Below, piece by piece: positions 28,158 through 35,681 of a stretch of DNA of 64,000 nucleotides. Numbering within the stretch: position 1 is the first letter of the stretch; each line of letters begins with the position of its first letter. The DNA comes from Candidatus Kaiserbacteria bacterium (GTDB taxonomy: Bacteria; Patescibacteriota; Minisyncoccia; Phycocordibacterales; UBA2100): contig JACROD010000014.1 in NCBI GenBank assembly GCA_016214605.1, positions 41,074 through 105,073 on the forward strand, given 5' to 3'. The position numbers and the translations under genes were made by a program. The notes below the pieces were generated by a model. It had not been told where the DNA came from. It made no database searches and worked only from the letters and a program-made list of their open reading frames with translations.

Positions 28158-29698
28158 GAGGCATGAGACAAACGCAAGATAGCGTTTTCGCGTCCGCATC
28201 AACTGTCGGTATTTTTGTGCTCGTTTTTATTTTTGGGTTTCTTTTGTTGTCTAACCAAGCCTATGCGGCAAACAAGGAAGGTAATCAGCAATGTATGGGG
28301 GAGTGGGATGAGATGTGTATGTGTGGCACAAAAATGGATCCCATGACTGGTTCGTGTGTGCCTAGTGGCAACAAAAAAATGTGCCCCTGCAAAGACACAA
28401 CGAGCGGACAAACGACGAGTGGCGTATGTGTGCAACAAGGAAAATGCGAAGCCAAATCATCCGGCGGTCAGGGCGTCGACAGTATGCTCAGTCAGCTCGG
28501 GCAGATGCTCGGCAAGGCAATGGAAGCCCTCAAGGGAGGTGGTGGAGGGGGAGGAGGTGGCGGACAGCCGCCGCAAATGCCGCAGAGCGGAAGTGGTGGT
28601 GGCACGGGGACCGGTTCTCAGGCGTGTACTTCGTACTACCAAGTATCTACCCCCTCAAGCGACCCGTGTGCTTATTATGTCCCCAACATCGCCAACGACC
28701 TAAACAACACGGCCAGCGATCTTTCAGGCGCACTCAATGGCAACGGCACACTCCCACCCCCCGCTACTACCAATGGTGGTAATACAAACAACACTACAGG
28801 CGGGAGTACCTCAGGAGGAGGCACTACAAACAACACATCCACCGAGGACGCCGCTTCGCAAGCTGTCGTTGCACAGAAGGCGAACTCTATCCTTGGTTTC
28901 ATACTGAATCCGGCAAGTGTGTTTTTGGGCAGTACGACGCAACAGCAGACTGTAGTGAATGCGGATGGAACCGTGTCTACCAACACATCGTATTCGTTCT
29001 TCGGTCAGGGTGTTTCGCCGTCGGCCATCCCTGGATTAGGAGATTTTGCCTCTTTTGCGAACATTGCCAATATTATTTCCGGCGAAAACCAAGGAGGTCT
29101 GCAACTCGGCAATAACGGCGTGACCATCACGTCATCGAGTCGAGATGCGAATTCCAATACTGCCGTATCAGGTTTCTATGGTGCCGATACGATAGGTGGA
29201 GTAGGTGTGCAGGGTCTCGCCGCGTGGCTGTGCCGTACTCGGCCATGGGCAAGCAGTATTTTCTCAAAGATTGTATCGGTGTCCTATTTCGATAATCTTT
29301 GTACAAAAAATGGCTATCAAGTAGGTGGTGCGGCTCCGGTGCGGACGACTGCGCCGGTACTAACACAGACTGTTGTCCCTGCGAAAAAAAATACACCCGC
29401 GACAACGACTCAGAGTAATCCATCTACGAATCCGGCGGCGACTACTGTGCCACCGCATGTGCAGGTCTGGGCCGTTCCTGCGATCGTTTCGATCGGTTCG
29501 CGCACCTCGGTCTTTTGGAGTGCGCGTGGGGTGGAGAGCTGCATTGTGACAAGTCCTGACGGCAGCTTCCACCAATCATCGCTTTCGGGAGGGGCGTCGA
29601 CGGTGCCGCTCACCTCTGCGACGACCTACTCTATATCATGTCTCACCGCAGGCGGAACACCGGCCACCGACTACTTCACAGTCAAGATGGCGATATAG
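28154..29698 (+). CDS. secreted Cys-rich/Gly-rich surface protein with C-terminal Ig-like domain
   Basis: 514 aa; signal/TM anchor, Cys-rich N-region, poly-Gly tract; C-terminal domain shared with 35682..37859. Confidence 0.6.
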   Translation: MRGMRQTQDSVFASASTVGIFVLVFIFGFLLLSNQAYAANKEGNQQCMGEWDEMCMCGTKMDPMTGSCVPSGNKKMCPCKDTTSGQTTSGVCVQQGKCEAKSSGGQGVDSMLSQLGQMLGKAMEALKGGGGGGGGGGQPPQMPQSGSGGGTGTGSQACTSYYQVSTPSSDPCAYYVPNIANDLNNTASDLSGALNGNGTLPPPATTNGGNTNNTTGGSTSGGGTTNNTSTEDAASQAVVAQKANSILGFILNPASVFLGSTTQQQTVVNADGTVSTNTSYSFFGQGVSPSAIPGLGDFASFANIANIISGENQGGLQLGNNGVTITSSSRDANSNTAVSGFYGADTIGGVGVQGLAAWLCRTRPWASSIFSKIVSVSYFDNLCTKNGYQVGGAAPVRTTAPVLTQTVVPAKKNTPATTTQSNPSTNPAATTVPPHVQVWAVPAIVSIGSRTSVFWSARGVESCIVTSPDGSFHQSSLSGGASTVPLTSATTYSISCLTAGGTPATDYFTVKMAI

Positions 29699-29715
29699 TG
29701 GGTAAACTGGTTGCT

Positions 29716-30032
29716 CTTGTGGTCAGGGATAATTCGATCGCCGTCGCGATCGAATTTCCCCGACCCGGCCTCGCGGCTCGGCCTACTGGCCTCGCATCGC
29801 TCCGGCTCGCACTCGTAGACAAAAACAGCCCGCAAGTAGGTGTTTCCTTGTGGTCACAGATAATTCGTTTGCCGTCGCAAACGAATTTCCGCGAAGCTTT
29901 GCACTTGGTTTTCTAATTCGCTTCGCTCATAACAAAACCTACGCCCGCCTCGCGGTCTCGCCTACTGGCTCGACAACGCTCTGTCTCGCACATGTACACA
30001 AAAACAGTGCGCAGGCACTGTTTTTGGTCATG
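29716..30032. repeat. two tandem copies (A 29716-29846, B 29847-30032) of a hairpin-bearing repeat family located 3' of tRNA genes
   Basis: each copy begins cttgtggtcaNNgataa + 10-bp hairpin with loop ccgtcg, then conserved GC-rich core, then hairpin 2 plus T-run; third copy at 35384-35522. Confidence 0.8.
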
Positions 30033-30105
30033 TGCGCCCAGTTGGATTCGAACCAACGACCCACTCCTTAAAAGGGAGATGCTCTACCAACTGAGCTATG
30101 GGCGC
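30033..30105 (-). tRNA. tRNA-Lys (anticodon TTT)
   Basis: 73-nt cloverleaf; anticodon loop cttttaa; T-loop ttcgaat; CCA not encoded. Confidence 0.9.
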
Positions 30106-30168
30106 AATAGAGGACTGATACCCAACTATCTAGTTGGATTACACAGAATATAACAGTACAATACGAAA

Positions 30169-30696
30169 ATGTCACTCGATGATATGGAATGGCGCAAAAA
30201 GAATGAAGGGTTGAGTGGTTTCGAGCCGATCAATAGAATAGTGGCCGATGAAAAGAGGCGTCGCCTTTTTGAGCGTTTTTTAAACCTCAACAGCAAAGAC
30301 GATGGAATCGTCCAAAGCATCTACGGGCGGTATCAAGATAAAATACCGTTCACCGAAATACAAAATGCGTTCCTCAAAGATAAATATCCGGAGTTCCAGG
30401 AGCGCATGGACCTGATGAGAGAGGCAGAAAGGGAGCTGACCGAAGAAAATGTGAGAGATATGGGGGATATGATGCAGCATAATCTCTTCGGGGCGACACC
30501 AGAGCAGTTACAGGATTATCTAGAACATATGGCGATCGTGCGTCCTGATGCGCTACGTAAAGTGCTTGAGATCAAGCAGCAGATCAAAGAAGAAAACAAA
30601 GGGATCGTGCCGGTCGTAGGTGAGATCGCGATGGGTCTTGTGGCAGACCAGGCCAGTCTTTGGAAGGGTAGCGGGTGGGCGCACCTCAGAGCGTAA
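30169..30696 (+). CDS. hypothetical charged/helical protein
   Basis: 175 aa ORF starting downstream of tRNA-Lys. Confidence 0.4.
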   Translation: MSLDDMEWRKKNEGLSGFEPINRIVADEKRRRLFERFLNLNSKDDGIVQSIYGRYQDKIPFTEIQNAFLKDKYPEFQERMDLMREAERELTEENVRDMGDMMQHNLFGATPEQLQDYLEHMAIVRPDALRKVLEIKQQIKEENKGIVPVVGEIAMGLVADQASLWKGSGWAHLRA

Positions 30697-31063
30697 AAAG
30701 CCGAAGGAGAAAAAAGAACCGTCCAGTTTTGATCTTGGCGGCCGGCACACCGAGTATACCGACGTCGAGGCGGAACGATACAAAGACCCAAGAGATTTTT
30801 ACGATGAGGTCGAACGCCAACTTGAGAAATATAACGATAAAACGGAAGCATGGAGACTGATTGAAAATTTCCTTCCGCTGCATATCGAGCGTCAACGAGA
30901 CCGTGGACCAGCGCGTGCGCGGCTCCACGATCTCATCATCAAACAAGAAAACAAGGAAGAGGCGCTCAAGTTTTTGAAAGAAAAACTTGGTCTATCGGAT
31001 TCCACCGAAGAGGCGGACGCAGAGACAGGACAAAAAGAGAATGAAGATGAGGCCGCAGAGTAA
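30620..31063 (+). CDS. hypothetical acidic protein (possibly a frameshifted continuation of 30169..30696)
   Basis: +1 frame overlapping 77 nt with the upstream ORF; no ATG, track start is GTG. Confidence 0.3.
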   Translation: MRSRWVLWQTRPVFGRVAGGRTSERKKPKEKKEPSSFDLGGRHTEYTDVEAERYKDPRDFYDEVERQLEKYNDKTEAWRLIENFLPLHIERQRDRGPARARLHDLIIKQENKEEALKFLKEKLGLSDSTEEADAETGQKENEDEAAE

Positions 31064-31076
31064 AACAAAGGAGATC

Positions 31077-31490
31077 TTAGAGCGGCAGATCGAAAGCGAA
31101 GGTACCTGCACCGGAGATAATGAGTGATATGCAGATGACGAAGAGGAGTGTATAGGTGCCGCGCGAGAGGGGAATGATGGCAGTATAGCGATGGATTCCG
31201 ACGTAATGCTTCACAGCAAGCAGGGCACCGAAGATCGCGGCGACTTGGGTATAGAGCCCGACCGCAAGCAGGGCACCGATGAGTCCGGTAGCGAAGACGG
31301 AGATCCATACGAGCCACAGGGGCATGCGACCGATCATGGGAACATCACGTAATTCAGCGATCTTATGTCGATCGCGGGCGATAGAGTTGGCCATGTAGAG
31401 GAATGCGTAGCCAGCCGCTACACGTATGAGCGCGGTTGCAAACGGCGAGAGATATAAAAGGCCGGGGAATACGGAAAATACTTGGAACAT
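31077..31490 (-). CDS. DoxX-like small membrane protein
   Basis: 137 aa, four hydrophobic helices. Confidence 0.4.
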   Translation of the reverse strand: MFQVFSVFPGLLYLSPFATALIRVAAGYAFLYMANSIARDRHKIAELRDVPMIGRMPLWLVWISVFATGLIGALLAVGLYTQVAAIFGALLAVKHYVGIHRYTAIIPLSRGTYTLLFVICISLIISGAGTFAFDLPL

Positions 31491-31522
31491 GATGGTTAGT
31501 ATAGCACCTTTTATGGTAGTGT

Positions 31523-31996
31523 TTGTCCATGCAGACGGCGCTTTTGCTCCACAATATCCGCAGTGCCCACAATGTGGGTTCGATATTTCGTACAGCCGAT
31601 GCGGCGGGAGTATCGAGGATATATCTCAGCGGTTACACGCCGACGCCGGTAGACCGCTTCGGGCGCGCACAAAAAGAGATCGTAAAGACTGCGCTCGGTG
31701 CCGAGAAGGATGTCTCGTGGGAATATGCGGCGACCCCCGCGCCTTTTATAAGGCGTATGAAGAAGGAGGGGTGGCGGATCGTGGGGGTGGAGCAAGATGC
31801 GCGGGCGACCGATTATCGCGCACTCACGCTCGATCGTCCGACACTCTTCATTCTCGGCAACGAGGTGCGCGGCATCTCGCCCTCACTGCGCGGCCAGTGC
31901 GATGTTCTCACTGAAATACCGATGCATGGAAAAAAAGAATCTCTCAACGTCGCCGTAGCGGCGGGCATCGTGCTGTTTGCATCGGCGGGTTTTTAG
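31523..31996 (+). CDS. SpoU/TrmH-family RNA 2'-O-methyltransferase
   Basis: motifs LLLHNIRSAHNVGSIFRTADAAG, LFILGNEVRGIS, ESLNVAVAAGIVLF (SPOUT knot). Confidence 0.8.
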   Translation: MSMQTALLLHNIRSAHNVGSIFRTADAAGVSRIYLSGYTPTPVDRFGRAQKEIVKTALGAEKDVSWEYAATPAPFIRRMKKEGWRIVGVEQDARATDYRALTLDRPTLFILGNEVRGISPSLRGQCDVLTEIPMHGKKESLNVAVAAGIVLFASAGF

Positions 31997-32970
31997 TATG
32001 TCACCGCATCCACGGTGCGGCCTTTGGCGTCGAGAAGTCGGATGATGTCGTGTCGATCATCCCAGATGCTACGCTGAGCATTGATAAAGAGACGCCACGA
32101 ATTATGCAGAAAAGATGATTCGTTTTGATGGAGATGCACGCAGCCGTTGTAGGAGAACGTATTGGTCACATACGAGCGGCATGCGGGGGAAAGAGAGGTG
32201 GGCAGATCTTGAGGAAACTCGCATGAAGAAAGGTTGCGCACATAGTCGAGACAACTTGATCCGTAGGTGCGAAGGTTTTCTGGGGTCTCGGGAAACACTT
32301 TTGATGGGTCCGGACACACGGAAAAATCTAGGCTCGGATAAAATGCCTGCAGCTTGCCGAGGTAGCCGCTGCATATATTTTCATGGAATGACACGCCGAC
32401 TGGCGAGACGCCGGAAGTGATAATAGCAGTCGCTCCTGGTTCGAGGGTGACCGACCCAGTGCTATTGACCGCTCCTCCGATAAAGGCCGAAGCGGCTGGT
32501 GGCAGGTAGTAGCGTTCTCCTGAGACGGCGCTCTGCACTGACCATCCGGTGATGTCCACTGCACCTTCGTTGTCGCGAGATGCGGTGACGGCCACGTATT
32601 CTTTCGAAGGGTTGTTTTCTGTGGCACGACCTTCTTGAAGCGTTACTTGTGAGCGGTACGGCGACGGCATGCCGAAGTTTCGTGCTTGGTCGATCTGCTC
32701 TTGCGAGTATCCGGTGCCTCCCACCCCGCCGGAATTGTCGCTCGTGTATTGTGAAATATCTGCAGCTCCAGGAATGGAGACAGAGTCTTGCCATGGCAGC
32801 TTGATGCTGAAGAGTTTGGGTATGAGCGAGCCGTTGAGAAGGGAGGAGATGATGTCCGGTTGAGATTTTGCTGCACTGATAACCTTGGCCGGCCCGCCGC
32901 TGATCACCCAAAAGATGATCATGAGGAAGATGGCGGTGGCTACGAGGGCCGCGATGATCTTTCCAATCAT
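31993..32970 (-). CDS. membrane-anchored extracellular hypothetical protein
   Basis: 325 aa; N-terminal TM helix then Cys-containing ectodomain. Confidence 0.5.
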   Translation of the reverse strand: MIGKIIAALVATAIFLMIIFWVISGGPAKVISAAKSQPDIISSLLNGSLIPKLFSIKLPWQDSVSIPGAADISQYTSDNSGGVGGTGYSQEQIDQARNFGMPSPYRSQVTLQEGRATENNPSKEYVAVTASRDNEGAVDITGWSVQSAVSGERYYLPPAASAFIGGAVNSTGSVTLEPGATAIITSGVSPVGVSFHENICSGYLGKLQAFYPSLDFSVCPDPSKVFPETPENLRTYGSSCLDYVRNLSSCEFPQDLPTSLSPACRSYVTNTFSYNGCVHLHQNESSFLHNSWRLFINAQRSIWDDRHDIIRLLDAKGRTVDAVTY

Positions 32971-32978
32971 GAATCGTA

Positions 32979-34268
32979 TTATACCTTGTCGGTGGAAGAT
33001 GGCGACCTTTTTGCAAGGATCTTTTGTAGTTCTTCGCGCGCTACCGCCGCGTCGCTCCAGGGAATCTTAGAACCTTGCGGGCCGCAGATGCATGGGTCGG
33101 TTCCTTTGCCGGAAATAAGCACCGCGTCCCCTGTGCGGGCGAGTCGCAGCGCTGCTGCGATCGCCTCGCGTCGGTCCATAATAATCTCTGGCGTGCGTTT
33201 CATGCCGCGCGCGAGCTCATCGACGATCGATCGCGGATCCTCATCATACGGGTCTTCGTTGGTGAGGATCACTTGGTCGCATCGCTCGTCGGCGATTCTT
33301 CCCATGACAGGGCGTTTCCATAGGTCGCGGCCGCCGCCCGTCGACCCCAAGACGCAGATTTTTCGGTCAGGACCATATGCATCATAGAGGGCGGTGAGCG
33401 AATCCGGTGTGTGAGCATAGTCGACGACAACTATAAAATCTTGCCCTTCGTCGATTCGTTCGGCACGGCCGGGGATGGTGTGTAGGTTGTCGAGGGCGCG
33501 TGCGATCACAAGTGGTTTGACGCCCATTGCCTGTGCGAGTGTTGCAGCGGCGAGCGCATTTTTCAGAGAAAAGTCGCCGGGCAAGTGTATGTGGATGCCC
33601 ACATCAAAGAATCGGAACGATCCGCCGTTCTCGTCCGATGAGTGTACAGGGGTGGCAGAGAGCGAGAAGGGGAGGCGTGTCTCGACGGAGAGCATGAGGT
33701 AGCGAGACCCCTGTGCATCGTCGCTGTTGGCGACGACGATGCGCGGACGCTTGCTTGAGCGTGCGAGTTGGCGGCCGATCTCGAATTTTGCATCTGCGTA
33801 CGCATCGAATGATCCATGCGATTCGATGTGCTCGGGAGCGAGGTTGGTGAAAATGAGACCGTCGATTTCGATCGCGCGATGGCGGTATTGCCGCGCGCCT
33901 TCGGATGTCATTTCGATAATAGCAGCGGTGCATCCGCGCTGGACCGCATGCGCGAGAAACCGTTGGATGAAGAATCTTCCCGGCATGGACATGCGCATGA
34001 GGTTGGGCTTCGACGTGTCCGCGATCTTGATGCGTATCGAATTGAGTACGGCGGTCGTGTACCCGGCTTCTTCCAGGATGGCGTTGAGCATTTCGGTCGT
34101 ACTCGACTTGCCTTTGGTGCCGGTCACGGCGAATACGAGCAGTTTGCGCGAAGGATATCCGTATATAAAAGCGCCGATAGAGGGGGTCACAAAATGATAC
34201 ACGCGCTGCAATGGATCGAGTATGGAGGGCGGAATGATATTCACGATGGCGTGTTTAAGACGGTACAT
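32979..34268 (-). CDS. murE: UDP-N-acetylmuramoyl-tripeptide synthetase (Mur ligase, MurE-like)
   Basis: internal ATG (MYRLKHAIV…) of track ORF 32979..34400; Mur ligase P-loop VTGTKGKSSTTEM. Confidence 0.75.
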   Translation of the reverse strand: MYRLKHAIVNIIPPSILDPLQRVYHFVTPSIGAFIYGYPSRKLLVFAVTGTKGKSSTTEMLNAILEEAGYTTAVLNSIRIKIADTSKPNLMRMSMPGRFFIQRFLAHAVQRGCTAAIIEMTSEGARQYRHRAIEIDGLIFTNLAPEHIESHGSFDAYADAKFEIGRQLARSSKRPRIVVANSDDAQGSRYLMLSVETRLPFSLSATPVHSSDENGGSFRFFDVGIHIHLPGDFSLKNALAAATLAQAMGVKPLVIARALDNLHTIPGRAERIDEGQDFIVVVDYAHTPDSLTALYDAYGPDRKICVLGSTGGGRDLWKRPVMGRIADERCDQVILTNEDPYDEDPRSIVDELARGMKRTPEIIMDRREAIAAALRLARTGDAVLISGKGTDPCICGPQGSKIPWSDAAVAREELQKILAKRSPSSTDKV

Positions 34269-34275
34269 ATGGTAT

Positions 34276-34848
34276 TTATCGAGTACCCAAAAGTTTGAGC
34301 GCTTCGCGCAGGCGTTCGTTGCTGTTGGCGATATCGGCGGGGACTTTGCGCAGCGCTTCGCGCGCCTCTTGTGCGGAATATCCGAGCGCGCGCAGGGCAT
34401 CCAATGTATCGATGTCTCCCGAAAGTGCCTCCCCTGATCCGTCGATTCCGAGCCCGACCTTGTCGCGCAGTTCGAGCACGATCTTCTCGGCGGTCTTTTT
34501 GCCGATACCGGAGACCGAGGTGAGGTACCCGGCGTTGCCGCCTGAGATCGCGCTACGCAGCGTTTCGACTGATGCGATGTCGAGAATACTCAGGGCAGAC
34601 CGAGGGCCGATACCCGATACGGAGAGAAGGAGATTGAAAAAACGAAGCTCCTCTTCAAGGATGAAACCATACAGATCGAGGATATCTTCGCGCACCGCAA
34701 GGTGGGTCCAAAATGCGATCGAAGTGTCTGTCTTGAGGCTGGCGAGGGCTTCCTTGGTGGCAAAAACCTTATATCCGACCCCGCCCGCAAGAAGGATGCA
34801 GTAAGTGGGGCGTATGGCCCGAACGGTGCCCTCAATGTAGCCAATCAT
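34276..34848 (-). CDS. ruvA: Holliday junction DNA helicase RuvA
   Basis: internal ATG giving MIGYIEGTVRAI… (canonical RuvA N-terminus); C-terminal RuvB-interaction domain. Confidence 0.85.
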   Translation of the reverse strand: MIGYIEGTVRAIRPTYCILLAGGVGYKVFATKEALASLKTDTSIAFWTHLAVREDILDLYGFILEEELRFFNLLLSVSGIGPRSALSILDIASVETLRSAISGGNAGYLTSVSGIGKKTAEKIVLELRDKVGLGIDGSGEALSGDIDTLDALRALGYSAQEAREALRKVPADIANSNERLREALKLLGTR

Positions 34849-34893
34849 GAATACATCATACATCAATACGAGTGATTTTCTCGCCAGCACGTC

Positions 34894-34931
34894 ATACATG
34901 CATCCTATGCTATAGCATCGGATGCATGTAT
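34894..34931. promoter_or_regulatory. 38-bp palindrome in the ruvA / rpsT divergent promoter region (candidate operator)
   Basis: atacatgcatcc-tatgctatagca-tcggatgcatgtat; arms acatgcatcc/ggatgcatgt and atgcta/tagcat. Confidence 0.45.
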
Positions 34932-34999
34932 ATGTACTTCCTTTTGGTTTGTTTTGTGTCACTTGCAAAATACTTCGAAAGCCTGTACTATCCCACCCA

Positions 35000-35266
35000 A
35001 TGGCATACACAAAGAACGCCAAGAAAGCAAATCGCGTCAACAAGCGCCGACACGTCTTCAACACGCGCCACAAAAAGGCCGTAAAGGATGCGGTCAAGGA
35101 GACCGCTAAGCTCATGGTGGGCAAGAAGCCTGCTGATGCGGCGAAGTCGCTCCCAGGCCTCTACAAGGCGATTGATAAGGCGGCCAAACACGGCACCATC
35201 AAGAAAAATACGGCTGCGCGCATGAAGTCGCGTATCACCAAGCGACTTGTGGCAGCGACGAAATAA
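35000..35266 (+). CDS. rpsT: 30S ribosomal protein S20
   Basis: internal ATG giving MAYTKNAKKANRVNKRRHVFNTRHK…; Lys/Ala-rich S20 pattern. Confidence 0.8.
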   Translation: MAYTKNAKKANRVNKRRHVFNTRHKKAVKDAVKETAKLMVGKKPADAAKSLPGLYKAIDKAAKHGTIKKNTAARMKSRITKRLVAATK

Positions 35267-35287
35267 CCTTTTATCTAACAAAGAAAA

Positions 35288-35312
35288 GCCTCCCTTTCGG
35301 GAGTTTTTTTCT
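35288..35312 (+). terminator. rho-independent terminator after rpsT
   Basis: gcctccc-tttc-gggag followed by TTTTTTT. Confidence 0.6.
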
Positions 35313-35383
35313 TTGTAATCAGTAGGCGTATTTCCATGGGGTCGCGCGTACTCGCGCGACATCGCTCCGGCCGGTATATGTCT

Positions 35384-35522
35384 TTCATGTGGTCACGGAT
35401 AAATGAGTCGTCGTCACGACTCATTTTCCGCGACCCCGGCTCGCGGCTCGGCCTGCCGGCCTCGCAGCGCTGCGCCCGGCACATGCACCGAAAAACAGCA
35501 CGCAGGTGCTGTTTTTCTGTCA
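35384..35522. repeat. copy C of the tRNA-flank repeat family
   Basis: catgtggtcacggataa + hairpin aaatgagtcgt/acgactcattt, conserved ggctcgcggctcggcctgccggcctcgca core, hairpin aaaaacagcac-gcag-gtgctgttttt. Confidence 0.8.
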
Positions 35523-35594
35523 TGTGCCCCCGGCAGGAATCGAACCTGCATTACGAGCTCCGCAAGCTCGCGTTCTATCCATTAAACTACGGGA
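35523..35594 (-). tRNA. tRNA-Arg (anticodon GCG, unusual)
   Basis: 72-nt cloverleaf; anticodon arm cgagc-ttgcgga-gctcg; T-loop ttcgatt. Confidence 0.7.
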
Positions 35595-35681
35595 GCAATA
35601 CCCGACCATCCTTTAGAGGAAGGGATAGGGGACAATGTAGCACAGAATGATCGCTTTTCCACACTTTGTTCTAAAATAGCA

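Noticed and set aside
29716-30032. Possible CRISPR array (tandem repeats A and B)
   Set aside because: There are only two tandem units of 131 and 186 nt with internal hairpins and no short regular repeat-spacer periodicity. The third copy is 5 kb away, and no cas genes are present.
29638-30071. ORFs 29638..29916 and 29850..30071 (and 35336..35650) translating the tRNA-flank repeats
   Set aside because: The three repeat copies conserve hairpin pairing through compensatory changes that scramble the encoded peptides. One ORF reads through tRNA-Lys, and 35336..35650 likewise reads through tRNA-Arg. Structure-level conservation explains them better than coding.
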